Shown: piece after piece, positions 12,955-25,517 of the stretch
Numbering within the stretch: the first letter of the stretch is position 1
Layout of the letters: every line of letters begins with the position of its first letter
Assembly (NCBI RefSeq): GCF_018977255.1
Contig: NW_024704742.1
Location: 41,666,001 to 41,730,000, forward strand
Length of the DNA: 64,000 nt
Direction of reading: 5' to 3'
DNA from: Callorhinchus milii
Lineage: Eukaryota
The notes under the pieces: model-generated
The model's database searches: none
What the model saw: the letters and a program-made list of their open reading frames with translations, nothing else
What the model was told of the DNA's origin: nothing
Translations under genes and position numbers: made by a program

Positions 12955-13265
12955 CCTGGTTCAGAATTACAGTCTAAGTGCTGCATTGCCCAAAGTGGCG
13001 TTATTTGGATAAAACATTGAACCAAGGTATCTTCCACCTGTTCAGGAGAATATTAAAGAACCCACAACACTGTTTGAAAAGACAAGTTTGTCCCGGTCCT
13101 GGCCTACAATCTTCAAGCTACATTTGCCATTCACTTTATGTATTTGTGTGTGGAACCTTACTATGCGCAAATTGGAGCTACGTGTCGATACACAGTCACT
13201 ACACCTAAGAATAATTACCCAAGAAGCACTTTGCAATGTTTTGACATTATACGCACTATAATACA
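12955..13265 (+). mobile_element. Old Deu-domain SINE
   Basis: TTTGGATAAAACATTGAACCAAGG..CTGTTCAGG..TTAAAGAACCCA..GTCCTGGCC..CAGTCACTACAC. Confidence 0.7.
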
Positions 13266-13569
13266 TATTGTGGTGAACTGAAATATGAAATTCACTCATT
13301 GAAATGGTTTGATCCACATGGAGTTGATAAGAAGGTTGGGAATTATCCTGTCTGCATGCTCTGGGACCTCTTGCAGAAACATAAGAACCTAAGAAAACAT
13401 TGGAAAAGGAAACATCATCTAATTATGCAGAGACCACCCTTTCTGTAAAAATCTGCTTTGCTTGAAAAAGGCTCCCCAGTTATCTCCAAATGCAATTCCC
13501 TCCTGCATGTATCATTCAACCACTAATTGAAGTCAATTAACCTACTAATTCTTCCAACACACTTAGATA

Positions 13570-13936
13570 ATATTGCAAGCACTACCTTTGCAACATGTTT
13601 ACCTTTGAAGGTAAACATAGCAGCCAATTTTTACACGGCAATGTCCTACAATCAGCCATGGGGTGAATGACCAATTTTACCTGGGGGGATTGTTGGCCAG
13701 GCAAGAGAAACTCCTTTCTTTTTTGAATAGTACCATAGGATCTTTAACATCCATGAGAAATGGGACCTCGGTTTAACATCTCATCTGAAGAATGATACAT
13801 CCAACAATGAAACGTACCCCCAGCAATCTGGAATGCCAGGCTACCAGACTGGGAGTTCAAAGTGCCGATGTGGGGTGCAAACCTGCAATTTTCTGACTCA
13901 GAGGTGAGAATGCTACCATGTGAGCCAAGTTTACAC
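13570..13936 (-). mobile_element. Old Deu-domain SINE
   Basis: GGATCTTTAACATCC, CCTCGGTTTAACATCTCATC, head CTGACTCAGAGGTGAGAATGCTACC..GAGCCAAG. Confidence 0.75.
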
Positions 13937-14056
13937 CTTATTTTTGGGTAATGTGTATGATAAAAGACATCTCCCCAATGAAATATTCAGCACAATTACT
14001 TTTTAAAATTAAGGGTGAGAAATTTGTTCATGTGATGTGATAATTATTACCGGTAC

Positions 14057-14988
14057 AACAACAACAACAACTTACATTTATATGGTGTCCTTCACGCAGG
14101 GTAGCGTCTCAGAGTGCTTAACAGTGGCGGAGCCTGACTCGGAGCTGGGGGGAAGGTGGCCCTAAGCATGGTTGAAGAGGATGGTTTTCAGGCAGGACTT
14201 GAAAAAGGGAGAGAGGGGGCAAGGCGGAGGGATTGAGGGAGAGTTTTCCAGAGTTTCGGGGAGTAATAGCTGAAAGCGCAACCTCCGATGGTGGGGCAAA
14301 GAGTGCGCGGAATGAGCAGGAGGCCGGTGCCGGACGAATGGAGGCACTGGATGGTGGATTGGGGAGTGAGGAGGTTGGAGAGGTAGGGAGGTACCAGGGA
14401 GTGAAGGGATTTGACATGAGTGTGAGGATCTTGAAGTTGATCCGTTTGGCGATGGGGAGCCAGTGGAGCCCGTCCAGAACTTGTGAGATATGGGTACGGA
14501 GTTTGGTCCGGGTCAGTATGTGGGCGGCAGAGTTCTGAATGAGCTGAACTTTTTGAATAGTGGAGCTGGGGAGACCGGTGAGGAGTGTATTAGAATAATT
14601 CAGGTGGGAGGTGACAAACTCATGGACAAGGGTTTCGGCTGCATTTGGAATAAGGTACAGTCGGAGGTGGGCAATGTGGTGGAGGTGGAAAAGGCGATCC
14701 TGGTCCTGGACCGGATGTGGGTGAAGAAGGACAGCTGGGGGTCAAACCGGATGCCTAGATCTTGCACTGGTTTGGTGAGTCTGAGGGAGAGCCCAGGGAG
14801 GTTAAGGAGTTCAGATCCGCAGGAGTGAAGATGTTGATGGGAGTCAAGCAATATGGCTTCTGTCTCGTCCACATTCAGCTGCAGGAAACTTGCCCTCATC
14901 CAAGGCATGATGTCTGCCAGACAAGCTGATCGAACATCGGCGGACCTGGAGTTGGTACTGGAGGAGGCAAAGTAGATTTGTACTGGTA
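14057..14988 (-). mobile_element. 5'-truncated L2 LINE
   Basis: (CAA)n tail at 14057; minus strand gives WMRASFLQLNVDETEAILL, LGIRFDPQLSF, FKSCLKTILFNHA. Confidence 0.93.
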
Positions 14989-16911
14989 ACAATTATCAGA
15001 TCTCACAATTTTATTTTCCACCATTTTTTGTTGCATGACTTTCGCCAGAGAATAATCAAAAGGGAAATAAATTATTGCAATGCAAACTGAAATTAAAATA
15101 CAATCCAGGGATAAAAAAATCAGTGTACTTTTCAAAACAAAAAGCACATCAAAAATTGATCTGGAAGCAAATAAGGAAAATAATTATTAAAATAAACAAC
15201 TGGAAATGTGATTAATTGAAAATAATAATGTAATCTAATGTATAAATATTGAACTCCAGCAGCTGTACTCAAAGCTGTCACATGGGTTTATCATTGTGGC
15301 TGTAATGGCATTTTCTCTCTCTCTCTCAGATGAATGTTGCAAAAAGTAGTTTAAATCTTCAACTCTAGAGGCATTTAAAGTTATACTGATCTTGTAGTGA
15401 ATAACGCCCAATCAATATTTTATTTGAATTTTAAAAGCAATGCCTAACTTCACATTGTGCTTATTTTCACTTCTCTACAGCTTTCTGCATACCATATTAA
15501 GCACGGTTAAATTAAAAAAGTGACAGCCTAAGATCTAGCACTTGGTACAGAATTAGCTGCAGTGTTAATGAAAACTTTTAATTTCCTCACTACACAGTGC
15601 CTCAAAATCTAAAATAGCATTATTCAAATGAATTTCATGCCTGTGCTGAAAGCAATGAGTGTAAGTGTAACCCTTGCATCCTGCTCCTAAAGAAATACCT
15701 TGAATTATCAGGCACTCCTCACCATTGAAATAAATGTTTTTTTCCATAGTTACCTGCCATTTCATTTCATTTCATGAGGAGATTTGGGCCTTTCGAACCA
15801 TAGAATCGTAGCACAGAAGAAAACCATTCGGCCGGTTGTGTCTCGACTGGCTTTTTTAAAGTGCATTCCTTTCATCCCTTTTACTTGCCTTTTCTCTATA
15901 CCCCCGTACTTTTACTCCTACCTTTTGAGGAACATTATTATTTGTCCAAAAGATATTAAATTTGAGTAGTATGATAAAGTCTAAAACACAATATTCATAA
16001 AAATAATTTAGAAACAGCTCCTTAAACTTAAAATAATAATAATCCTTGCATTTTATATAGCAATATATCCCATTTTATATCCCATCATCGAGACATCTCA
16101 AAGCTCTTTACCAGATGTACTATAAAGTGTGTTGACTGTGTATTTTGTGGGCAAACCCTAAACCTTTTAGGGATGTATTTTAACCTTTGTTTTGCAGCTT
16201 TCCACAATGCAACGCAATGATATAGAGTTACAAAGATTGAGTGATCGGGCACAGAAACAGACCATTAGGCCCAACTAATTTGTTTCTCTTTCGGAAAATA
16301 GTTTGATGTTCAGTTTAGTGATGTTCAAATTCAGTGACATGTTTCATAACAATAATAAATACATGGATTAATAGATTGCTGTGAATTCTATGAAGGTAGC
16401 ATAATCATTCATGCTTATGCAAGGATAGATGCTCAAGTATAGTTGGGGGATAATTTATTTATCACATTGAATGTACCGAGATGTTCTGGAGTCAGGCTCC
16501 ACTTTCCATTTTGAGGTTAATTTAGTACATTTATTACAGTACATTCAATGTTCCCTGAATATGACAGACAAAAACACTCCACCCAGACCCTCCACATTGA
16601 TCTCAATAAGTCTATGAAGCCAATTCTGTGGCATCGGACCGCCATCTTATGTATCATGAGATTGACTGCTGGTTAGTAGGATACCAGCTTTTAGTTAAAC
16701 AAAACTCCTCAGGAGCTTTTACCCCTGTAACCAACAGTTGGAAAGCATAATCCTGAGTTACAAGTCAACACTGGATATGGCTTTGCAGGTGTCATGGGTT
16801 GTGGTTGTTGGACTTTGTCACATTCAGAGAACATTACCTACAATTTTTATTATTACAATATTGTTCTTAAAGTATATTATTTGTTATGGTTGACTTGTTC
16901 CAAATCGCATT

Positions 16912-17160
16912 ACAATAATAATAATAATAATCCTTGCATTTGATATAGTGCTTTTCATGTCTTCCAGATATCTCAAAGCGCTTCAAAGAATATACTGTAA
17001 AGCGAATTGACTGTATATTTGTGGGCGAAACGTGGCAGCCAATTGCGCACAGCAGTGTCCCACAAACAGTCGTGGATTGAAATGACCTATTTATTATTTT
17101 TATTTTTTTTCTTGAAGGATTATTATTAGACGTGTAGAGTAAGCCGTATGTGTGGAGTAT
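16912..17160 (-). mobile_element. 5'-truncated tRNA-Ala SINE
   Basis: (AAT)n tail and full body to TGTGGAGTA; head missing. Confidence 0.88.
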
Positions 17161-17779
17161 GAAGCAGGCTGAAACAGGCATGGCTGGGATGGTAGATTTG
17201 TAGGAAGAATTAGAATTAGGATTAGAGTGTGCAAAGTCTTGGCTCAGCTCTCTTGAATTGGAAAAATGATGGTCATTGGATAGGTAGAAAGAGTGAATTC
17301 CCCCTTGAAGCTTATTTTGTTTTAAAAGTCAAATAACAAGAGGAAATCAGATAATCAGGAGGTAATACAACGCTGTTGCAGAAACGGTGACAGTGGCAGT
17401 AACTGTGACAGTAACTGTGACAGCAAAGTATGAATAGAAGTCATATTCCTCTCTGTGAGAGGAATGACTGAAGAAGTCCTCTTATAACTCATTGTTTTTT
17501 TAATAAACTTTTGGGTTTCCCGGGAGCAGCTATATTACTTAGCATTTCAGTTCTTTAGCAATGACCCCCTCATCCTTAGGATCGCTGCAGGCCACATTGT
17601 GGGACACACATTGAACCTGTGTCTCCATTGAGGTGATGGAGGTGCTGCAGTCCCCCAATACCAAGGCCCTGTCAATATTTTCTACATCAGGAGTGGAAAG
17701 GTAAATTCACCACATGAGCGATTCTGCAAAAATAATCATCTGTCAAATTTATTTACAATAGTGTGCAAATTATCGCCTA

Positions 17780-17872
17780 TGATAATTAATGCATTATATG
17801 TCGTGATTTTACCACACCTATGATAATTAACACATCATCTGTCACAATTTTCAGATACTTCTATCGAGATTC
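17780..17872. repeat. Short degenerate ~41-bp tandem duplication
   Basis: CCTATGATAATTAA...TGTC...ATTTT present twice in tandem. Confidence 0.6.
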
Positions 17873-18539
17873 CTAATATGTGTACAATTCTACTGCCAGC
17901 AATTGCTATTAAAAGCTCCTTCAATCTGAGTTATTTACCAAACAAAATTTGAGCAATTATCATTTTTCACTTTGCCAGTGTAAAGCATGGGAAGAAAATG
18001 ACGAAAAATAATCTGTACTATTATTGCTGTATTTTCATTAATACTGTAACTTATTGACCATTAGTCTTATCTGTATGAATCTTGACATATATAATTGTTT
18101 CACTGTTAGGCATATTGTATTTATCAAGGTAGTTAATTGAATTGATTTGCATATGACATGTGCATGATAAGAAAGGATTTATCCTCTCATTCAAACGCTA
18201 TAACTCTTGTTTTATGCAGAAGTCTAGAGGGTGTAATCACTACGCTATTAGGAATACACCAATAATACACATTAGGCACTTTATTACCCTGATTGTTGAA
18301 ATACATATATTTCTGTGGAGTGACCATTATAATGTTAAAATATGTAGATTATTTCCCCTGTGATCCTCCCTGGCGCTATTAAACTGCTGCCTTGTGGTCT
18401 CATCTCAGCTTCTTTAAAATCGGTTTAGATTAATTCTATCTTATTAAATTAAAAGGGATGTTATACATCACGTAGGTAGAAAAGAAAACACATTTAATCT
18501 CATCCTTCCACAATACTCACTCTACTGTCTTCCCATTAC

Positions 18540-18810
18540 AACATCCAATTATTTCTTAAATTAATCCAGCATTCATTCTGCTTTCTATCAACCTGTTGAT
18601 AGACCTGTTGATTATCCTTTGTGTAAAGAAACACTTTCTGGTATTTGTTTTAAATTTGCTTTTCATAGTGTCCTGCATTATTTTAGATTTATTTTCTTTA
18701 TTCCATTCAGCATACCTCTACAAGTTTCCGTCTGAGATAGCAATACAAGGAACGTGCACATCCGGCCTTTTCAGTAACTTTACTAGAGCATAGCATATAT
18801 TTTAATCTTG
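18540..18810 (-). mobile_element. Decayed CR1 3' fragment
   Basis: GATTATCCTTTGTGTAAAGAAACACTTTCTG..TTTAAATTTGCT resembles the antisense CR1 end (RK.FFTQR). Confidence 0.55.
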
Positions 18811-18949
18811 GTTCCCTGTTTTCTTTCCATGTCTTTAATATTTGGGAATAATGCTTCCCAAATATCCATCTAGTTCCACCTCTTTTCAAGGCTTTTAGCC
18901 ATCCCATTAGAGTTAAATTGGTATCAAGCGATCAACTTTGCTATAGAAT

Positions 18950-19150
18950 TTGCCGGTACTGAGTTAGCAGTTGGCTTCCACAAAATGGGTAGGGAAAAAG
19001 GAAATGAGCCAGGGTTCCTACTTCTGATCAGTATTCAGTGTAATGAAGTGAACCCTGTTCATTTGAGATTGTATGTGTGTGTATTAACCTTGATTGTGAT
19101 GTATCCCGTGACTGAATGGCTTGCTAACGTTTATTGTTAAGGCATGAATT
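18950..19150 (+). mobile_element. Second old SINE-like family fragment
   Basis: GCTGAGTTAGC..GAGCCAGGGTTCCTACTTCTGATCAG..TCAGTG shared with 57640-57830. Confidence 0.6.
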
Positions 19151-19870
19151 TGAATATATAGAGAGAAAGCAAAAGATTTCACCTCCTATTATAATTAATA
19201 TTTTGTTCCTAGATATTCCAAAAGAGCCAGTTGGGATATCTGAGTGTCGGCTCACTGGTAGAGTCAGTAATGTTTGACATGCAGGCTTGTGAGACACACA
19301 GGTTTGAACAAAAGCTGTGGTGCTGTGATCTTTGACGTTTCCAATCTATAATTGGAAATGGAGTTCACAATGTCTTGAGCAAAGGAGATCATTTCTGTCT
19401 GTCGAGAAACAAAGAGCCACTGTAGCACATAAACATTTGAGATAGCCTGTTCATTAGTCTCACTGGAAGCGCAGTCAAACTTTCCTGTATGGGGATCGCC
19501 TTTCTTTTTAAGTTTACTCATTATTTTCTCTTTTTCTCACATTAACAGTGTACCAATTACATGCAGGAGGGTGGTCAGGTTGTCTCCTCCCGGGACCTCT
19601 GACAATACCACTGTATGACTGGCTGCCAGGTAATGCTGACAGTGAATGATGGTGTAGAGGAGCGATGGAGGAACACCTCCACTCCCTTATTATTCTCCCT
19701 CATGTGGGGACCTCCTTGGCCTTCACCTGGGGCCCAGCCTTAATGCACAATGTGGAAGCAATGACAGAATACAACTGGTTTTCCTGCGGATGGGGGACTG
19801 AAAATGTAATGTTCCTAAACGGAAAGTCATTGTTCCTAATTACAGCCGAATCAGTAGAAATCTCTTCCAA

Positions 19871-20068
19871 AGAGTCAAATTTTCATATAGTCTTAGCGTT
19901 TAAGACCATTTTGTTTTAAATTTAAGATTACGTGGAGAATTCGAAATTCAGTCTTTATTTGAAACCCGGAAGAACAGCAGACAACCAGCTTCTAAATCAA
20001 TTTGGCGCTATGTTAAATAATAAGACAAAATGGTCTTCATGACTAAGACCAGATGAAATTTCGGGTCT
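19871..20068. mobile_element. Palindromic MITE-like element
   Basis: ~55-bp imperfect inverted arms: AAATTTTCATATAGTCTTAGCGTTTAAGACCATTTTGT versus ACAAAATGGTCTTCATGACTAAGACCAGATGAAATTT. Confidence 0.7.
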
Positions 20069-20334
20069 AATATTCATTCAAAATGTCAGTAAAACATTGG
20101 TAGAGAATCACACAATTTCAGTTGGAGAATGGAAATTGCGATTAGGCAGTAACCTTAAGGTTGCAAATACTATATCTATTTTCAAACCCCAATTTACAAT
20201 AGTAATCCTTACATTTGATATAGGGCCTTTCATGTCAGAAGTACGTCTCAAAGGGCTTCACAGGATATGCTATAAAGTGTATTGACTGCATTTATAGGCA
20301 AATTTGCAGGTTAAGCGTTAAATAATACAAATAC

Positions 20335-21003
20335 AGCGCAAAATTACATTTCTTTAACACGTTTCACATTGGGAGGACATCCCAAGATGCTGGATAGTCA
20401 TGAATTTGGACCCGAGCTGGAGGTCAGGATTGGGGAGGATGGCGGGCAGGGAAGGTAGGATGGAGGCCGAAGGCTCGGTCGAAGAGGATGGTTTTGAGAC
20501 GTGCCTTGAAGGAGGCAAGGGAAGGAGCAAGGTGAAAGGAATGTGGGATGGAGTTCCATAGGTTGGGGGCAGAAAGGCTGAAGGCCCGACCGCTGATAGT
20601 GGGGTGGGCCGGGCGGGGGACATGCACCAGGCCAGAGCTTGCCAAGTGGAGGGGCAGACAGGCTGACTTGGGGTCTGCAGGTCACAGAGGTAGTGAGGGG
20701 CAAGACTTTGGAGGGTCTTGAAGGCGAGGACAAGGATTTTGAGCTCCATCCTCTGTGGGATGGGGAGCCAGTGGAGCTGGGTGAGGGTGGGGATGATGGG
20801 TTCACGGAGCCTTGGCGGGAGAGGACACTAGCTGCAGAGTTCTGGATGATCTGAAGCTTGTGGAGGGAAACGTTGGGAAGGCCGACAAGCAGGGAGTTGG
20901 CGAAGTCAAGCATAGATGTGATGAATACGTGGATGAGGGTTTCGGCAGCTTGAGGGGTGAGGCAGTGGAGGAGCCGAGCGATGTTGCAGAGGTGGGGAAT
21001 TGC
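20335..21003 (-). mobile_element. 5'-truncated L2 LINE
   Basis: LDFANSLLVGLPNVSLHKLQIIQNSAA, LKILVLAFK, LWNSIP..LASFKARLKT on the minus strand. Confidence 0.93.
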
Positions 21004-21382
21004 TGACCTCTCTGGCCTGCACTTTAATGTGTGTCTTTTTAAATTATTTCTCCTTAACTTTTGAATGATCCACTTGGAAAGCAGAATTGTATGTCACTTC
21101 ATCAGGAATGTAACATTTATAATTGCGAGGCAAATGCTGCAGTGAAGATCACACAAAATATAGTAATTTGCTATCAGACAGAACAAACAGTTTATCTTTA
21201 ATAAGTGCAGTTAAGTATCAGTTCAGTTCCCAGTGGTACACATCGAAAGGAAAACTGTCCAAATATTCTGTACTAATTGGCACTAATTAGAGTAATTTCA
21301 CTAATGAACGCCACAAGGATCCAGTGAATGGGAAGTAAAAATATCACATTGGTGCAGCAGGGGGTCTATTGACAAAAGTAGA

Positions 21383-21828
21383 GAGGAAGCTCTATGCTGG
21401 AATATAGAGGAAGCTTTCACTGAAATACAGAGGAATCTCTGCACTGAAATATACAGAAATTGATGTACTGCTCAAGAATTTCAATTTGTAAGTGGTATGC
21501 ATAGAATTCTCAGTTTGGTTTGGATACTGTTGGGCATGGTGGTGGATTTCCGCAAGTGTCAGACACCCAGCTGACCAAAACAATACAGATGAAGCTTTAC
21601 ACAGCAGTTTGAAGAAATCTCTACATACATTAATCTCTAGATTGGAATATACATGAATCTCTACACTGGAATATATATTAATCTCTAAATTGGAATAAAC
21701 ATGAATCTTTGCATTGGAGTATAGAGGCAGCAACACTGGAACATAGACAACTCTCTACGCTGAAATATAGTGGAAGCCTTACACTGGAATGTAGTGAAAT
21801 CTGTACTGGTATATAGAGGAAGCTCTTC
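21383..21828. repeat. Degenerate 22-24-bp minisatellite interrupted by a family-X fragment
   Basis: Units resembling CTCTACACTGGAATATAGAGGAAG at ~21383-21470 and ~21618-21828. Confidence 0.85.
21490..21590 (+). mobile_element. Family X 3' fragment
   Basis: CAGTTTGGTTTGGATACT..GCATGGT..GTGTCAGACACCCAGCTGACC plus A-rich tail, matching 47650-47735. Confidence 0.75.
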
Positions 21829-21991
21829 CCTAAAATAAACCATAAAACAGCCAAAAATTGAATGACCAGGTTTATCTGGAAGATTGGCCAAGATATCAGG
21901 ACATTATTCATAAATAATTTTCTATTTTTGAAGAGTACTATGGGATCTTTAACATCCATCTGGACAAACAGATTAGGATCTCAGTTTAACA

Positions 21992-22407
21992 TAATAATAA
22001 TAATTATTATTTGCTTTTGATATAGCTCCTTATCATGTCATCGAGATGTCTCAAAGCACTTCACAGGATATATTGTAAAGTGGATTGACTGTGTATTTTT
22101 GGGGCGAAACATGGCAGTCAATTACGCACAACAATGTCCCACAAGCAGTCATGGAGTGAGTGAATAATTTTATTCGGGGAATTTGTTGGCCAGGAACTGG
22201 AAGAAACTCCCTTCTCATTTCAAATAGTGCCCTGGGATCTTTAACGTCTATCTGATCAGGCAGACAGAATCTAGTTTAACAGTGCAACGCCCCACCCCAG
22301 CACTGATTTGGAGTGTTGGCTGAGACTATGTGATTTCACATCCCTACATGGGGCTTGAACCCACAACATTCTGACTCAGAGGTGAGATTGCTACCACTGA
22401 GCCAACA
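21992..22407 (-). mobile_element. Near full-length Deu-domain SINE, flanked by pieces of other Deu copies (about 21850-21990 and 22405-22520)
   Basis: (AAT)n tail, GGGATCTTTAACGTC core, head GGGGCTTGAACCCACAAC..CTGACTCAGAGGTGAG..CTACCACTGAGCCA. Confidence 0.82.
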
Positions 22408-22524
22408 TCTCATCCAAAGAATGGTCCTTCTGACATTGCAGTAATCCCCCAGCTTTGTATTGGATGTCAGCCTAAACTATGCATTCAAAGTCCCGACTTG
22501 GGGTTTGAACCCACAATCTTCTTA

Positions 22525-23300
22525 TTCAATAACAACAACAACCAATGGACACAGGACAGTCAAGAGTTTGCGCCCAAGATGCAGGTTGGATACAAGAGGG
22601 GTGGGGACCAAGCTGGTAGGGGGTGGAGGTGGGAAAATGACCAAAGATGTGATTAAAGAGGAAGGCCTGGACATAGACTTTGAAAGAGGCTCGGAAAGGG
22701 ACAAGTTGGAGTGATTCGTGGATGGAGTTACAGAGAATGGGAGCAAAAAGACTAAAAGCATGACCAAAACTCCTCAGAAATAGTTCTCAAGTGATTTTGA
22801 CAAATAACAATGAATTATATAATGAGATTGGCAGGGCAGGGGACGTGTAGCAGGCCAGTGCCTGCAGAGTGGAAGGAAAGGGTAAGTTGCTAAGATTTCA
22901 GAAGGTTAGAAGGTATGATGGGCCAAGACTGTGGAAGGCTTTAAAAGTGAGGACAAGGATCTTCAACTTGATCCTTTGGGGCAATGGTAGCCAACCTTTT
23001 TGACACGTGTAAAATACTTTATCAAGAAGATAAAACTTTACAAGGAAATTACAAACAAACAAAATAATCATAGAAATAACAAAATAGCATAGATTTATGC
23101 CATATATCAAGAAATATTCAATCAAGAAACATTTATTTTGTTGGCCAACCAAAAATAATTTTGAATCATCTGCATCTTGTGAAGGGAAGAGTTGGGGGAC
23201 CGGCAATGAGAGAGTTAGCCTAGTCCAGCTCAGAGGTGATAAAAGTATGGATAAGGGTCTTGGCTGCCCAAAGGGAGGGGAAGTGGCAGAGGCGGAAATG
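22525..23300 (-). mobile_element. Old L2 LINE 3' fragment with internal replacements
   Basis: (CAA)n tail; WLPLPQRIKLKILVLTFKAFHSLGPSYL; L2 similarity resumes near 23158 (TCATCTGCATCTTGTGAAGGGAAGAGTTGGG). Confidence 0.8.
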
Positions 23301-23627
23301 TAATAATAATAGCAATAATAATAAATAGTTTAGCAGTAATCGTCCCCTTCAAATTACAACTTAAACTCAAGGGAGCCAGGATACAACCTGGCGTGTAGGG
23401 GGCCTGAGAAAGTAACAGGGCAAAATTCTGCAGTAGGAAAGATCCTTGAAGCCTATGCCTAACACTCCTAACGCTCCAGGGCTGACTGCATGAGGACTTA
23501 CTGGGAAAGTTGTGTTTGGTATCACTTCATCCCTGTACTGTATTTCACATCTGACTCTGTTCCACAGTTGGATTAATTTCCTTGTAAAGTTTTATCTTCT
23601 TGTTAAAGTATTTTACACATGTCAAAA
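22998..23627. repeat. 54-bp inverted repeat (22998-23051 and 23574-23627), 52/54 identical
   Basis: TTTTGACACGTGTAAAATACTTTATCAAGAAGATAAAACTTTACAAGGAAATTA versus the reverse complement of TAATTTCCTTGTAAAGTTTTATCTTCTTGTTAAAGTATTTTACACATGTCAAAA. Confidence 0.95.
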
Positions 23628-25517
23628 TACTTCATTGGAGGCATAACCTCATCGACCTCTTCCTTGACGTAAATTTTAACATCAGAGCATTTGTCCTGCT
23701 CAGCACTACGGAATGTTGAGTACTGATGCAACTTAAAATAAGGGCCATTAAAGTTTCCTTTTTTTTAACTCATTTTCACAAAAAAATCTGCCTCTTTTGG
23801 TGAAAGTCAATCTGTAAAAAAAACAATTTTCTCTCATTTAAATGATAACAAATTAATTAACCAATTTATTTTCGATGTTTGGGATGGTTTCCGGGAAAGC
23901 TTGCACCTTGATTTGTGAATTCAGTTGTGCAAATATATGAAATTATGTGTAGTTTACAAGGAAAGCAAGTGTCTAAAGTAACCTTTCACTTCATGCATGC
24001 TTACAACTGGATCGTATAGATGGTAAACCTGTAATATTTTTGCACTTTTATAGAGTTAGAAGTACAAATAGATAGAGATTATAGATACAATTATAGATAG
24101 AGATGGGAAATTAGAGATTCAGGGACACATAGCAACTCAGAATGAACGAGAATGAGGCAGAAAAAAAGTTGCACCGAATTTACTCAAGCTTTTTTGTATC
24201 AGACTTTTTCACTCTGCTTTGCCCATTTTCTGACACCAAAAATAAATCCCGAAAGGTCCAAGTGCAAAACATGATTTTGATATGGGCAGAAGAATTTCCT
24301 TGTGGTCTCAGCATGGTTGGTTGACTGCTGTGTTGGCCTGTTGAGTTAAGGTTTTAAGGTCTGCTGAAGAAGACCACAGTAGATGAACCTTTGCCATCTC
24401 CAGCAGTGACACACAGCATCACTGCTTAAAAGGTTGACAGTAAAAATATATGATTAACTAACCAAGAAAAATATTGAAATACTCCAACACAATCCCCGAT
24501 GTAATATAGTAAGGTTATCAATAATTCTTTCTTTGATAGAGCGCACATACAGCACTCCATCTCTGGCAAAAACACTCCCTACCCTCACTATAACAATTGT
24601 TTTGTTTCTCAAAGGTATTATAATGGAGCTACCTTTTGTTTTGCTTTGCATTTATTTCCTTCCAATATTCTCCCCTCCCCCTTGGCACCTCATAAGCAAT
24701 GTAACAGTTTCACAAGTGTGTCTAGACCGTGAATGTTGAAAGGCCGTCTGACCATTGGAGCCTATTCAGAACCAGCTTAATGCTGTCTTACCCTGGCACC
24801 CACCCACACACACTGGGATGGGGGGATGGTTTTCTGATCTTTTCATTCCAATCATCGTTACAAATGGTGCCTGTGGCAACGTTGGCCGCAAATGGGCTTT
24901 CCTTGTTACCAGCACGCACTACCAAGACGATATGCTTAATGCTTCCCGGAATTTCAGCCTAACTATCTGTAAGGCTCAATGCAACAGCACAAAGCATATT
25001 TATGTAAGGGGGTTTGAAATTTCCTAAATAATTATTTTCCACCCGGTTTTGAAATTAGTCTTGTTGTATTTTCACTTTGGCTTTTACTTTATATTTGTGA
25101 GTTGTATTGGCACTTCTGTCCTCAAAGGCAATCATATGCATTAAATCTCCTTCTGCACATTCGTAAAGATGTCTGGCTCATGGAAGAGAATGTTATGCAA
25201 CTCCACTGTTTTTCTGCCCTAGCTCAAGTTGCGTGCTTGCTCCAAAGAGTGACTGACTCAATGTTCAGATCTCAGTGACTTGCGAGGCCTCTAAATCAGA
25301 ACCAATCTCCCATGTTTCATAACAAAATAATTTCTGGGAATGATTCTGTCATTTGTTTGATGCTGCGGCCAGGTTTTATCCAGACGATCCTAGTTCCCAG
25401 GAATTCTTAACATTTTTAGCACAGATGTGAGCATTTTGAAATCCTTGGATATTTATGAGTGAATTCTCCCTACTCTGGCACAGGAAAGATATAGTGTATA
25501 TACAGGAACAGCACCTT

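Noticed and set aside
19264..19521. 85-aa minus-strand ORF (MSKLKKKGDP...)
   Set aside because: No recognisable domain or supporting exon structure; length within chance expectation.
20398..20913. Long Pro/Ser-rich ORFs (also 7336-7845 and 32700-33221)
   Set aside because: Frameshifted or alternative frames of C-rich L2 sequence, not host genes.
21352..21368. Weak CTCF-like GCAGCAGGGGGTCT (and CCACTAATAGGTCG reversed near 48292-48305)
   Set aside because: Mismatches at informative core positions; expected by chance.
21383..21828. CRISPR-like periodic array
   Set aside because: Units are degenerate and contiguous with no unique spacers; eukaryotic context with no cas genes. It is a minisatellite.
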